Notes: a model not told the origin generated them from the letters alone. Counted from the first letter of the stretch, positions 28,251 through 38,839 are shown. The stretch: 64,000 bases of DNA from Candidatus Nomurabacteria bacterium (GCA_029288725.1 JARIGS010000010.1:23947-87946); one strand, 5' to 3'. Made by a program: numbers and translations.

Positions 28251-29083
28251 CACTCAAGGCAAACGACATTCGTCAGTCGATTATTTCTATGCTCCTCGAA
28301 GCGGGAAGCGGACATACGGCCGGACCACTCGGCATGGCCGATGTCTTCACTGCTCTCTACTTCGATCTTTTGCGTCATGACCCTGAACGACCAGACTGGC
28401 CTGAACGTGATCGGCTCGTACTTTCAAATGGTCATATCTGTCCCGTGCTGTATGCCGCAATGGCGCATAGCGGGTACTTTCCGGTAGAGGAATTGCTGAC
28501 TCTCCGCAAATGGGGTTCACGATTGCAGGGTCATCCGCACCGCGACTTTTTGCCCTATCTCGAAAACTCTTCTGGACCGCTTGGATCCGGCCTGTCACAG
28601 GCAGTCGGCATGGCTATCGCTGACCGCATGGATAACGGCGTGGCAACACCGCGTACGATATATTGCTTATTGGGTGATGGAGAATTGGACGAGGGTAATA
28701 ACTGGGAAGCGGTAATGCTTGGCGGGAAGGAAAAATTGCACAATCTATTGGCAATCGTTGATCGTAACAACATTCAAATCGATGGCTACACTGAAGACAT
28801 CATGCCATTGGATTCACTGACCAAGAAATGGGAAAGCTTCAACTGGCATGTCCAGGAAATTGATGGTAACAATATCCAGGAAATCATTGATGCCGTTCAC
28901 ACTGCCAAGGCGGTGTTTGAAAAGCCGTCGGTCATTATTGCACGCACTATTCCGGGCAAGGGCGTGAAGGAATTTGAGCGTAAGTTTGAGTGGCATGGCA
29001 AGGCACCGAACAAGGAGGAAGCGGCGATGGCATTGGCAGAATTGCGCACCTGGGGCGGAAAGATTAGGAGTGAACACCAATAG
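28217..29083 (+). CDS. tktA: transketolase N-terminal subunit
   Basis: GSGH, LSNGH, LQGHP, GDGELDEG. Confidence 0.93.
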   Translation: MQQRNFTTRELALKANDIRQSIISMLLEAGSGHTAGPLGMADVFTALYFDLLRHDPERPDWPERDRLVLSNGHICPVLYAAMAHSGYFPVEELLTLRKWGSRLQGHPHRDFLPYLENSSGPLGSGLSQAVGMAIADRMDNGVATPRTIYCLLGDGELDEGNNWEAVMLGGKEKLHNLLAIVDRNNIQIDGYTEDIMPLDSLTKKWESFNWHVQEIDGNNIQEIIDAVHTAKAVFEKPSVIIARTIPGKGVKEFERKFEWHGKAPNKEEAAMALAELRTWGGKIRSEHQ

Positions 29084-29086
29084 GCT

Positions 29087-30088
29087 ATGTTATATCCAGA
29101 CGCAAAACTCAATACAAAAATTTTCAATGATGATGTCGAGCAAGTACCGATTCGCAAGGGCTTTGGCGAGGGCTTGGTGATGGCAGGGGAAACTAATAAG
29201 GACATTGTGGCGCTCTGTGCTGACCTGACGGAATCCACCCAGATGCATTTCTTCAAGGCAAAGTTTCCTGAACGGTTTGTTGAGATTGGTGTGGCTGAGC
29301 AAAACTTGGCTGGCGTGTCGTCTGGCATGGCAGCGATGGGCAAGTATCCGTTCTTTTCCTCATATGCAATGTTTAGTCCCGGCAGAAACTGGGAACAAAT
29401 TCGCACCACGATTTGTTATAACGATCGTCCTGCCGTAATTGTCGGTAGTCATGCCGGTGTGTCCGTAGGACCTGATGGGGGGACGCATCAGGCCATCGAA
29501 GACATCGCCATCACTCGTGTCTTGCCCCGCATGACTGTTATCTCACCCTGCGATGCCATTCAGGCCAAGAAGGCAACTCTCGCATTGTCAGCCAATCCTC
29601 GCATTGCATACCTACGCTTAGCTCGCGAGAAAACACCGATCATTACAACGGAAGACACACCATTTGAAATCGGCAAAGGGCAAATCTTTTATCGCCCTGA
29701 TGGCTTGGCACAAGTCGCCATTGTTGCGACAGGCGCATTAGTCGCCCATGCATTGCGTGCCGCCAAGGATTTGGAAAAGAAAGGCATCAAGGTTATCGTT
29801 GCCAATATTCATACTATTAAACCAATTGATGCAGAACTGTTAGTGCAGCTTGCAAAAGAAACGAAAGCGATTGTTTCGGTGGAGGAACATCAGATTGCCG
29901 GCGGTCTCGGTAGTGCTATTGCTGAAACACTCGTAAAGGAATACCCGGTCGCAATGGAATTCATCGGCGTGAAGGATCACTTCGGCCAGTCCGGTACACC
30001 ACAAGAGCTCATAAAAAAATACGGTATGGACCAGGATGCTATCATTGCGGCGGTCATGAAAATTTTAGAAAGGAAGCCTACTGTTTAA
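29087..30088 (+). CDS. tktB: transketolase C-terminal subunit
   Basis: GVAEQN, DGGTHQ, VEEH. Confidence 0.93.
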   Translation: MLYPDAKLNTKIFNDDVEQVPIRKGFGEGLVMAGETNKDIVALCADLTESTQMHFFKAKFPERFVEIGVAEQNLAGVSSGMAAMGKYPFFSSYAMFSPGRNWEQIRTTICYNDRPAVIVGSHAGVSVGPDGGTHQAIEDIAITRVLPRMTVISPCDAIQAKKATLALSANPRIAYLRLAREKTPIITTEDTPFEIGKGQIFYRPDGLAQVAIVATGALVAHALRAAKDLEKKGIKVIVANIHTIKPIDAELLVQLAKETKAIVSVEEHQIAGGLGSAIAETLVKEYPVAMEFIGVKDHFGQSGTPQELIKKYGMDQDAIIAAVMKILERKPTV

Positions 30089-30221
30089 AAAACAATATAT
30101 TATTAGGCACAAAGGCAAAACGTTTCCGGTGCACAAAACGCGAGGCCGAAGATGAGCTAATCTTTTCCCGCCTGCTTGCCAGGGAAAAATTAGGTCATCG
30201 GAGCAATACACCACAGACTGC

Positions 30222-31256
30222 CTACATCATAATTGTTGGTTGATAGTTTGCCGGAGCATTAGCAAGATATTGCTCCAATGAATCCTTCGTGAGCAAACCT
30301 TTCTGAGCGCCAACAAATTGGACCACTGACATTGAATTTATCGGACCCCAGCGTAATGCCTCGGTGATTGATTTGCCCATCAGTAATGCAACTGAAACGC
30401 TGGATGAAAATGCATCACCGGCACCCGTACGTTCATAAGGTTCATGAGGATAGACTGGCATGAACCAAATCGTTGTACCGTCTGAAGCATATGCCCCATT
30501 GATACTATCGGTGACGAACACCAACTTTGGTCCCAATACATGCAGTTTTTGCATCAGTGCCTTAATGTGTGCAGAAAATTCTGCCTGCCCTGAGCCTGCC
30601 GAATGGGTTGCCGGTCGCTCAATCTGAGTAATCAGTTCTGCCTCTTCTACATTGCAGAAAAACGCATAGGTATTGGCATAGATATCCTTCAATACTTCCG
30701 TACCCAATTTCATTTGAAATGTTCCTGGCTGAAACACTACTTTCATATCAGGGTTCTTTTTGATGAATTCGGCAATATCGTGATGGTATTGTTCACTGTG
30801 CGCGGCGATTGATGAAAGGTAGATCATCTTTGGCGCAACGGGAATATTGGGCATGATCAATGGATATGCCTCGTGCTTGATCAAAAGGGTGCGATCAACA
30901 CCATGCCAGAGGGCGTAGTGGTAGTTGGTCGGAATGCCTTCATGAGAAAAGACATAGTGAGTGCCGACATTGTTTTTGATTAATTCATCGATACAGCCCT
31001 GTCCATTGAGATCCTTACCGACATGTGACAGTAGCGCGCTCTTAAGCCCCAAGCGTGCCGCAGCAACAGCAGCATTGGCACTGTTACCAACAGCACGAAC
31101 TTCTTCTACTGATTCGAAAGGAATCTTCTCACCGTAGCGAAAACAAAGCAGGGGATGAGCACCGTTAGCGTCAGTTTTAATTTCAGCATCGTCAATTTTA
31201 ATAAAAGCGTCAGTCACCATGTCGCCAATGGCGAGAAAGTCTAATTGGTCATTCAT
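30222..31256 (-). CDS. PfkB family carbohydrate kinase
   Basis: GNSANAA, RTGAGDAF. Confidence 0.9.
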   Translation of the reverse strand: MNDQLDFLAIGDMVTDAFIKIDDAEIKTDANGAHPLLCFRYGEKIPFESVEEVRAVGNSANAAVAAARLGLKSALLSHVGKDLNGQGCIDELIKNNVGTHYVFSHEGIPTNYHYALWHGVDRTLLIKHEAYPLIMPNIPVAPKMIYLSSIAAHSEQYHHDIAEFIKKNPDMKVVFQPGTFQMKLGTEVLKDIYANTYAFFCNVEEAELITQIERPATHSAGSGQAEFSAHIKALMQKLHVLGPKLVFVTDSINGAYASDGTTIWFMPVYPHEPYERTGAGDAFSSSVSVALLMGKSITEALRWGPINSMSVVQFVGAQKGLLTKDSLEQYLANAPANYQPTIMM

Positions 31257-31388
31257 AGCGTAAGTATAGTAAATAAGAGGAGTTTAATGCCATTGACTTT
31301 TTATTAATTTAATGATATAATGATAATGTAGCAATGTTGTTACAACTGACTAAGCAGTTTCTTAGGGTACAACAAAAACTTAATATTT

Positions 31389-31673
31389 ATGAGCACAATG
31401 ACAAATGTTCAGGGGGCTATTGCTCAAGCCAAGCTGAACAGAAGAGTTTTTCGCGATTTAAATTCTGCCTACAAGGATATGCTGCCATTATGGAGCGAGG
31501 AAGAAGTTGAATCATTTATCAAAGAGAACGGCCTAACCTTAGAACAGCTTATTGAGGAAATGCAAAGTTTCTTACAAATTGCAGTTGATAGTGCTTTGGT
31601 AAAAATCAAAGAAAAACAGCAAAAAGATTTAGAAAATTATTTAAAAAAGAGACAAAGAGCGGATAAAAAATAA
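31389..31673 (+). CDS. hypothetical protein
   Basis: 94 aa; TTGACT(31293)-N17-TATAAT upstream, hairpin downstream. Confidence 0.6.
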   Translation: MSTMTNVQGAIAQAKLNRRVFRDLNSAYKDMLPLWSEEEVESFIKENGLTLEQLIEEMQSFLQIAVDSALVKIKEKQQKDLENYLKKRQRADKK

Positions 31674-31736
31674 TCAGCACGCTTTCCAATGGCCTCGGTA
31701 ATATACCGAGGCCTATTTTTTTGCTACAATCACTGT

Positions 31737-32603
31737 ATGAATACCCTGAAGGAATATCTCGCCCAGGCTCGAACAGAAAAGAAGGCAATTGGCCACTTTA
31801 ATTTTGCCAATATCGAAGGATTGTATGCCATTGCGCGGGCAGCCAAGACATTGGGTGTGCCGGTAATTGTGGGAACTGCCGAAGGGGAAGAAGAAGCAGT
31901 AGGAACGAAGGCTGCGGTGGCATTGGTCAAAATCATTCGTGAGGACTGGCAGATTCCAATATTTTTGAACGCCGATCACCACTATAGCTTTGCGACAGTA
32001 AAGGCCTGCATTGATGCCGGCTATGATAGCGTGATCTATGACGGGGCAAAGCAGACATTCGAAGAGAATGTTGCCATCTCAAAGCAGTGCGTTGAGTATG
32101 CGCGACAAGTCAGCATGCAAATGGGGAGAGAAATTTTGGTGGAGGTAGAACTGGGCTACATTGGGCAGGGTTCACAATTGCGTGACACCATTCCCGAAGG
32201 CATCGCTGCCATCACCAGCCCTGAAGAGGCGAAACTATTCCTTGAGCAAACTGGTGCTGATGCATTGGCTCCAGCGGTTGGCAATTTCCACGGCATGCTC
32301 AAGCAGGGTGACAAGCCACGCTTAAATATTGACTGCATCAAGGGCATTGCGGCGATTACTGACAAACCATTGGTACTCCACGGCGGTTCTGGTGAGGAAG
32401 CGGACTTCGCGGCCGCTATCGACGCCGGTATCAACATCATTCATGTGAATACCGAACTCCGTCGGGCGTATACTTCTACACTGAAAACGTACCTCGACCA
32501 ACATCCTGACGAAATAGCCCCTTACAAGTACTCTGCGCCTGCCTCACTTGCAATGGAAGCAGTCGTGACTGAGAAATTGAAAATCTTTAACCGCATGCAA
32601 TAA
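31737..32603 (+). CDS. fba: class II fructose-bisphosphate aldolase
   Basis: NADH, VEVELG, GNFHG, LVLHGGSG. Confidence 0.92.
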   Translation: MNTLKEYLAQARTEKKAIGHFNFANIEGLYAIARAAKTLGVPVIVGTAEGEEEAVGTKAAVALVKIIREDWQIPIFLNADHHYSFATVKACIDAGYDSVIYDGAKQTFEENVAISKQCVEYARQVSMQMGREILVEVELGYIGQGSQLRDTIPEGIAAITSPEEAKLFLEQTGADALAPAVGNFHGMLKQGDKPRLNIDCIKGIAAITDKPLVLHGGSGEEADFAAAIDAGINIIHVNTELRRAYTSTLKTYLDQHPDEIAPYKYSAPASLAMEAVVTEKLKIFNRMQ

Positions 32604-32604
32604 C

Positions 32605-34269
32605 ATGCTTAACGTCTCAGACTTACAAAAAAATGTGAACGGGGAAGTGATGGCCGATGAGCCAACGCTGGTGAAGTATTCGCGTGATGCGAGTTTGTTT
32701 GAGGTGCGACCAGAAGGAGTGGTGTTTCCACGCGATGCCGCCGATGTTGAGGCGGTGGTGAAATACGTTGTTGCTCATAAGGCGCAGGATCCGACACTGT
32801 CGATCACTGCGCGTTCTGCCGGCACTGACATGTCCGGTGGTCCGCTGAATGAAAGTATCATCATGGATTTCACGAAGTACATGGGTGCGCTTATTTCCGT
32901 TGATGAGCAGAAGGGCATTGCCCAGCCTGGTTTGTACTATCGTGATTTTGAAAAGGCGACGCTGAAGCTTAATCGCATCTTGCCTTCATACACTGCCTCA
33001 AAGGAACTCAATACCGTTGGTGGCATGAATGCCAATAACTCCGGTGGTGAGAAGTCGATCAAGTATGGCAAGACCGAGCGCTATGTCTTGCGACAGAAAG
33101 TCGTATTGTCTGACGGCAATGAATATGAGATCAAGCCACTGACTATGGCGCAGCTCGCAGTGAAAATGCAGGAAACAACGTTTGAAGGGAAACTCTACAA
33201 ACAGGTCTATGATTTGATCGACATGCACTATGACGAAATCATGGCAGCCAAGCCAGCGGTCACCAAAAACTCTGCCGGGTACTATCTCTGGAATGTCTGG
33301 GACAAGGAAAAGGGTATCTTTGATTTGAATAAGCTAATTTGCGGCTCACAAGGAACATTGGCGCTGACGACAGAAGTTGAGCTTGGTCTCGTGCCAGTGC
33401 CGAAGTTTTCAAAAATGGTCGTGATGTATCTGCCGACCATTGCTCGTCTTGGTGAGGTAGTGGATGAGGTCATGAAATACAATCCTGAAAGTTTCGAGTC
33501 CTACGATGACTACAGTATGAAGCTGGCAATTAAGTTCTCATTTGATTTCTTCAGTCAGCTTGGTTTTTGGGGCGCACTCAAGTTAGGTATCCAATTTATT
33601 CCTGACCTTTTGCGGGTCATTGTTGGCGGCGTACCGAAACTTATTCTGATGGCTGAAGTGACTGGTGATGACGAGCAGGAAGTATTGTCTCGGGCAGAAG
33701 CGATTAAAAAGGCAGTGAAGCATTTTAAATACCAAACCCATGTTGCGCGCAGCGCAGCGGAAGTGGAGAAGTACTGGAAGATTCGTCGTGAGAGCTTCAA
33801 TCTTCTCCGCAAGCATGTCAAAGGCAAGCAGACCGCACCATTCATCGATGACATCATCGTCAATCCGCATCAGATGCCGGAATTCCTTCCCAAGCTTCAG
33901 ACCATTCTCGATCAGTACAAGCTGATCTATACCATTGCCGGCCATGCTGGAAATGGCAATTTCCACATCATTCCTTTGATGGACCTCAATAATCCCATTT
34001 CCAGCGACATCATTTTGGAGCTCTCCAAGAAGGTCTATCAGCTCGTTGCCGACTATCACGGTTCCATTACCGCCGAGCACAATGACGGCATTATCCGCAC
34101 GCCATTTCTCTCTTATATGTACAAACCTGACATCATTCAGTATTTCGCCAAGATCAAGGCCATCTTTGACCCGCTCAATATCTTCAATCCTGGTAAGAAA
34201 GTCGGCGGCTCCTTTGATTACATCAAGTCCCATTTGGTCCAATCCCACACAGCAGAACACGGTTCATAG
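32605..34269 (+). CDS. FAD-binding oxidoreductase (D-lactate dehydrogenase/GlcD family)
   Basis: RSAGT, GSQGTL, HAGNGNFH, AEHNDG, IFNPGK. Confidence 0.9.
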   Translation: MLNVSDLQKNVNGEVMADEPTLVKYSRDASLFEVRPEGVVFPRDAADVEAVVKYVVAHKAQDPTLSITARSAGTDMSGGPLNESIIMDFTKYMGALISVDEQKGIAQPGLYYRDFEKATLKLNRILPSYTASKELNTVGGMNANNSGGEKSIKYGKTERYVLRQKVVLSDGNEYEIKPLTMAQLAVKMQETTFEGKLYKQVYDLIDMHYDEIMAAKPAVTKNSAGYYLWNVWDKEKGIFDLNKLICGSQGTLALTTEVELGLVPVPKFSKMVVMYLPTIARLGEVVDEVMKYNPESFESYDDYSMKLAIKFSFDFFSQLGFWGALKLGIQFIPDLLRVIVGGVPKLILMAEVTGDDEQEVLSRAEAIKKAVKHFKYQTHVARSAAEVEKYWKIRRESFNLLRKHVKGKQTAPFIDDIIVNPHQMPEFLPKLQTILDQYKLIYTIAGHAGNGNFHIIPLMDLNNPISSDIILELSKKVYQLVADYHGSITAEHNDGIIRTPFLSYMYKPDIIQYFAKIKAIFDPLNIFNPGKKVGGSFDYIKSHLVQSHTAEHGS

Positions 34270-34328
34270 CATTGCAAGGCCCGCTCTCCAGGTTGCATAA
34301 TTTCGATTTTTCAGTATACTAATGGCCT

Positions 34329-34946
34329 ATGATTACCCTAGAAGCAACACAGCGCACTGGCACTCCGGAAGCTCTTCGCGCGCAGGAAATGATCCCGGCA
34401 GTATATTACGGCGCAGGCAAGGATGCGGTTTCAATCGCTATTCCTGCAAAGGCATTTGCCAAGGTATACAAGGAAGCAGGAGAAACTACTGCGGTGACCC
34501 TTACTATCGGCGGTGAGAAGATCAGTACGATCATTCACGACCTTCAGCACAATCACATCACTGGTGAAGTGACGCACGTAGACTTCCTCATCATCGACAT
34601 GAAGAAGGAAATCGAAGTTGCTGTTCCACTTGAATTCGTTGGCGAAGCAGAGGCGGAAAAGAACGGTCTTGGTAATGCAGTAAAGGCATTGCACGAAGTC
34701 CATGTTTCAGCCCTTCCTGCAAACCTTCCTCACTCTATCGAAGTTGATATTAGTGGCCTCGCTACTCTTGAGGACCAGATCCACGTGAAGGATATCAAGC
34801 TCCCTCATGGCGTGACCATGGTGACTGATGGCGATGAAGTGATCGTCTCAATGGCGGCATTCGTTGAAGAAAAGGAAGAAGCACCAGTGCTTGACCTCGA
34901 TGCAATCGAAGTAGAAAAGAAAGGAAAGACAGAAGACGAGGAATAA
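34329..34946 (+). CDS. rplY: 50S ribosomal protein L25
   Basis: IPAVYYG, HVDF, CTC-type C-terminal domain. Confidence 0.93.
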   Translation: MITLEATQRTGTPEALRAQEMIPAVYYGAGKDAVSIAIPAKAFAKVYKEAGETTAVTLTIGGEKISTIIHDLQHNHITGEVTHVDFLIIDMKKEIEVAVPLEFVGEAEAEKNGLGNAVKALHEVHVSALPANLPHSIEVDISGLATLEDQIHVKDIKLPHGVTMVTDGDEVIVSMAAFVEEKEEAPVLDLDAIEVEKKGKTEDEE

Positions 34947-35006
34947 CAACTTTCGTCAATAGATTTTCACGTAAGACTCCTGGTATACTAGGAGTCTTAT
35001 TGTTAT

Positions 35007-36398
35007 ATGTCGAAACGATTCAAAAAAATAAGCGCGTTCTTCCTGAGTTTGTTGCTTCCTCTGACATTTGCCACTTCACTGCTCCTTCCGACCGATACCG
35101 ATGCCCAAAGCACCACTCCTGCTGTTTGTACTAATCCAAGCAACTCCGATATTGCCCAGGCATGTGCCGATTATGCAGCCGAAAACAAAGTGTTGGCTCA
35201 ATTGCAGTCCCAGCTTGCTGCCCAGAAGGCAAAAAGCGGTACCTTGCAGAAAAACGTAAACGCTTTGGTTTCTCAAATTGCCAGTACCCAATCCAAAATC
35301 TCGGCTGAAATCAGCACCATCAATACGTTGAGTTTGGAAATTGGCCAAAAGCAAAAGGCCATTACTGATCTGAACTCAGAACTTGACCGTCAGCATGCCT
35401 CAATGGCTCAGCTTATTACCCGTACCGATGAGTTGGACCAAAAGGGTGCGGAATACGTGCTCCTTAGTGCCGATTCCATTTCCACCTTCTACAAGGACCT
35501 TGATGACTTTTTCTCCATTAAGCAGTCTCTCTATGGTGCGCTGACACGGGTGAAGCAAATTCGCAGTGTGACCGAAACCCAGGAACAGGAATTGCAGGAC
35601 AAGCAGTCCCAGGCCCTTGATGCCAAGGACGCATTGCAGAGTCAGAAAAACCAGCTCGCTACCTCGCAAAAGCAGGCTCAGCAGCTGCTCAATAGTAGTA
35701 AGTCCGCAGAACAGCAGCAGGCCGCACTGGTTTCTGAAGAGCAGAAGAAGGTGGCGGCAATTCAGAGCAAGCTCTTCAGCTTTGCCGGTGGTGGAACCAG
35801 TGCTATTCCATTTAGTCAGGCCTATGCCTATGCAACTACGGCAGCCAATGCGACCGGTGTTCGTGCCGCATTTATCCTGGCAATCCTAACGCAGGAATCC
35901 AGTCTTGGTAAAAACGTCGGTACTTGTAACCGTGCCGGTGATCCACCTTCCAAGAGCTATGTGAACGTTATGAATCCAACTCGTGACCAGCCAGCATTCT
36001 TGCGTATTACGTCTGCATTGGGACTCAATCCCAATACCACACCAGTGTCCTGTCCGATCGGTGGCAGTGGATGGGGAGGTGCCATGGGCCCAGCCCAGTT
36101 TATCCCTTCAACATGGGAACTGATTGCACCACAGGTTGCCAGTGCGTTGGGCAAAAGTGCGGCTAATCCATGGTCTGCCCAGGATGCCATTATGGCTTCC
36201 GCTATCTACCTCAAGGGACGCGGTGCTACGGGCGGAGAGACTAATGAGCGTAATGCGGCTTGTAAATACTACTCAGGACGTTCCTGTGATGGAAAATCAC
36301 CGCCAAACAGCTTCTACGGTAATAGCGTAATGTCATTGGCTCGTAGCATTCAGGCAGATATTGACTATTTGGTCCAATATGGTGTTTCGAGACGCTAA
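35007..36398 (+). CDS. coiled-coil + lytic transglycosylase exported protein
   Basis: Signal peptide, coiled coil, ILTQES, GAMGPAQFIPSTW. Confidence 0.85.
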   Translation: MSKRFKKISAFFLSLLLPLTFATSLLLPTDTDAQSTTPAVCTNPSNSDIAQACADYAAENKVLAQLQSQLAAQKAKSGTLQKNVNALVSQIASTQSKISAEISTINTLSLEIGQKQKAITDLNSELDRQHASMAQLITRTDELDQKGAEYVLLSADSISTFYKDLDDFFSIKQSLYGALTRVKQIRSVTETQEQELQDKQSQALDAKDALQSQKNQLATSQKQAQQLLNSSKSAEQQQAALVSEEQKKVAAIQSKLFSFAGGGTSAIPFSQAYAYATTAANATGVRAAFILAILTQESSLGKNVGTCNRAGDPPSKSYVNVMNPTRDQPAFLRITSALGLNPNTTPVSCPIGGSGWGGAMGPAQFIPSTWELIAPQVASALGKSAANPWSAQDAIMASAIYLKGRGATGGETNERNAACKYYSGRSCDGKSPPNSFYGNSVMSLARSIQADIDYLVQYGVSRR

Positions 36399-36456
36399 TA
36401 TTCCTTATATTCCAGGCTCTTGAACTCTAGGAGAAGTATGCTACAATAGACCAGCT

Positions 36457-36708
36457 ATGAAAAAAGACATCCATCCAAAGAACTTCCGCGACGTGGTATT
36501 TCACGACAACTCTTCAGACACCGAGTTCGTGATTGCTTCAACCGTGAAGACCACTGAAACTACCACCAAGGACGGTAAGGAATACCCTATGTTCCGCGTG
36601 GAAATCTCAAGTGCGTCACACCCGTTCTACACTGGTAACGAAAAGGTGATCGATACTGCTGGACGCGTAGATCGCTTCAAGCGCCGTGCTGCTTCTGCAA
36701 AGAAGTAA
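36457..36708 (+). CDS. rpmE: 50S ribosomal protein L31 (type B)
   Basis: [22 protein letters not shown]. Confidence 0.95.
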   Translation: MKKDIHPKNFRDVVFHDNSSDTEFVIASTVKTTETTTKDGKEYPMFRVEISSASHPFYTGNEKVIDTAGRVDRFKRRAASAKK

Positions 36709-36725
36709 AGTACATACGAAGCTCA

Positions 36726-36820
36726 ACAAAACATCCCCTCTCGCAAGACGCATAATTTTCTGCTGAAAATTTGCTCGGTCTCGGGCCAGCCCTGCGAGGC
36801 ATGCTCGAGAGGTGTTTTGT
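36726..36820 (+). repeat. intergenic ~95-bp repeat, copy B
   Basis: Same core as 20246 onward; ACAAAACA...TGTTTTGT terminal inverted repeat. Confidence 0.85.
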
Positions 36821-36839
36821 ATCGCTTCGAAAGCGCTCC

Positions 36840-37781
36840 ATGATCAATATTGATGAGTTAAAAAAGAATCATAAGACCCAATACCTCGCTGAACAGTACG
36901 AGCGTCTTTTGCGTCAGGAGGAGGAGACACAGGCACTGATCGCAACTGACCCTTCTATGAAAGACATGGCTGATGATGAATTAGCGGCTATTGCCATTCA
37001 GAAGACTGCAATTGAGGAACAGCTTGCCGCTATCGAAGCATCTGAAAAGGAAGAGGAGGAATTTCCTAATGAAATCATTTTGGAAGCCCGTGCCGGTGCT
37101 GGTGGGGACGAGGCATTTCTCTTTGCCCAGCAATTGCTCGATATGTACTGTCGTTTTGCAGAATCCCGTGGCTGGCAGTGGAAGCCCATCGATGACCTGA
37201 CCGTTGAAATAAAGGGGAAGGACGTATATCGTTTGTTACGTTTTGAAACAGGGGTGCATCGCGTGCAGCGTGTGCCGGTAACGGAAAAGAATGGCCGCAT
37301 TCATACTTCAACAGCATCGATTGCTATCCTGCCTATTAAGAAAAAGGTGACATTTGTCATCAATCCTGCAGATTTGGATATGGAATATTCCCGTTCCGGT
37401 GGGGCAGGGGGGCAGAACGTCAACAAGGTGGAAACCGCCGTACGCTTGATCCACAAGCCAACGGGTATCGATGTCCGCTCTACTAGCGAACGTAGTCAGT
37501 TAGCCAACCGTGAAAAGGCCTTGACCATTCTGACGGCGAAGCTCCAGCAGATGAAGGAAGAGGAGGAAGCGGCAAAGTATGCCGGTGATCGTAAAAATCA
37601 GATCGGTACCGCTGATCGCAGTGAGAAGATCCGCACCTATAACTTCCCCCAGGACCGCGTGACCGATCACCGTATCCGTCAGAACTTCTCAAACCTGGAA
37701 GGCATTATGGCCGGCAAAATCGATAAGATTATCGATGCACTGCAGGCAGGGGAAATGGGAGAGGCGAGTGACGACGAATAG
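36840..37781 (+). CDS. prfA: peptide chain release factor 1
   Basis: [10 protein letters not shown] (PxT), [12 protein letters not shown]; start reassigned to 36840. Confidence 0.93.
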   Translation: MINIDELKKNHKTQYLAEQYERLLRQEEETQALIATDPSMKDMADDELAAIAIQKTAIEEQLAAIEASEKEEEEFPNEIILEARAGAGGDEAFLFAQQLLDMYCRFAESRGWQWKPIDDLTVEIKGKDVYRLLRFETGVHRVQRVPVTEKNGRIHTSTASIAILPIKKKVTFVINPADLDMEYSRSGGAGGQNVNKVETAVRLIHKPTGIDVRSTSERSQLANREKALTILTAKLQQMKEEEEAAKYAGDRKNQIGTADRSEKIRTYNFPQDRVTDHRIRQNFSNLEGIMAGKIDKIIDALQAGEMGEASDDE

Positions 37782-37899
37782 TTGAAAATATCTCAAAATT
37801 TGGTATAGTAATCCAGCGAAGGTCCGCCTTCGCTAAAGCTACGAGCGCGATAAAACGTGCATCGCAGCGCCGAAGTTCTGAATGAAATGAAGAACGAAG

Positions 37900-37971
37900 G
37901 CGTGTATAGTTCAGTGGTAGAACGCTGTCCTGATAAGACAGAGGTCCTTGGTCCGATTCCAAGTACACGCA
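37900..37971 (+). tRNA. tRNA-Ile(GAT), CCA not encoded
   Basis: GCGTGTA...CTGTC-CTGATAA-GACAG...CTTGG-TCCGATT-CCAAG-TACACGC-A. Confidence 0.92.
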
Positions 37972-38018
37972 CAAAGACAAAGGCCCCGCACACGTGCGGG
38001 GCCTTTGTCTTTGTGCGT
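37967..38018. terminator. long perfect hairpin after tRNA-Ile
   Basis: 24-bp perfect inverted repeat ACGCACAAAGACAAAGGCCCCGCA. Confidence 0.65.
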
Positions 38019-38093
38019 ATCCCTCTATTGTTTATTGTTATTTACAATATATAAATCTTATGGTATTAAGAAGAAAAAAGCAGGAGGTATATA

Positions 38094-38759
38094 TTGAACA
38101 TAGAAAATCCAATAAAAAATAATTTTGAAAAAATTTTTTCAAAATTATTAAAAAAATCAGAAATTACAACATATCAATTCTTAAGAGGGAAATTTGATTC
38201 AGGAAATGAGACATACAGCATATGGTATGAAGCCATAGTAGGAAAGACGAATGATTATCGGGTTAAGTTTCTTTTTGAAATAAATTTGCAATTTCCCGAA
38301 GTTAATTTTAAGTCACGTGCAAATGCAAAAAAACTCACAATTTCTTGCTCATATATGTGTCTAATTGACGATAGTAGGGTAGTAGCAACGATAGTGTCTG
38401 AATTGAAGGCCTGGAGAAAGGGCGAATTGCATGAAAGATTATTCCAGAAAAGATTTTTGGAGCCACTACAAAGAAAGTATCCTAACATCATTCACAACGT
38501 CATTAAGACCTCTGATGCAGTGGATTCCGGGTACGGAGTTGATTTCATCATTCAATTCAAAATGGAGAAGCAAGGATTAAAAAAAGAACTTCACTTTAAC
38601 CTTAAATCGTCAAAAATATTTCTGGATCAGCATACAGAAATACATCCGAATGTCAGTACGTTTGTTTTTGTAAAGGATGATTTACGAGATATGAAAATCC
38701 TCGAAAAAAACTTTTTGCTATTTATGTCGTCAGCATTGTCCAAAGTTGTTAATTTCTAA
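38094..38759 (+). CDS. AT-rich hypothetical, possible PD-(D/E)xK-like nuclease
   Basis: GELHE...D..YGVDFII...FNLKSS. Confidence 0.45.
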   Translation: MNIENPIKNNFEKIFSKLLKKSEITTYQFLRGKFDSGNETYSIWYEAIVGKTNDYRVKFLFEINLQFPEVNFKSRANAKKLTISCSYMCLIDDSRVVATIVSELKAWRKGELHERLFQKRFLEPLQRKYPNIIHNVIKTSDAVDSGYGVDFIIQFKMEKQGLKKELHFNLKSSKIFLDQHTEIHPNVSTFVFVKDDLRDMKILEKNFLLFMSSALSKVVNF

Positions 38760-38839
38760 AACTTAAATCCGCCCTTGTGCGGATTTTTAATTTGCAACTT
38801 ATTTACTATTAGTCAATAGTAAGGTAGAATAGGGGAATT

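Noticed and set aside
33583-34260. Long antisense ORFs (also 46652..47170, 52529..53167, 58690..59271)
   Set aside because: Shadow frames opposite well-supported genes, with no motifs.
36771-36839. Shared N-terminus MLGLGP.LR in ORF-track proteins at 20269 and 36771
   Set aside because: Artefact of the intergenic repeat; real starts are probably 20350 and 36840.
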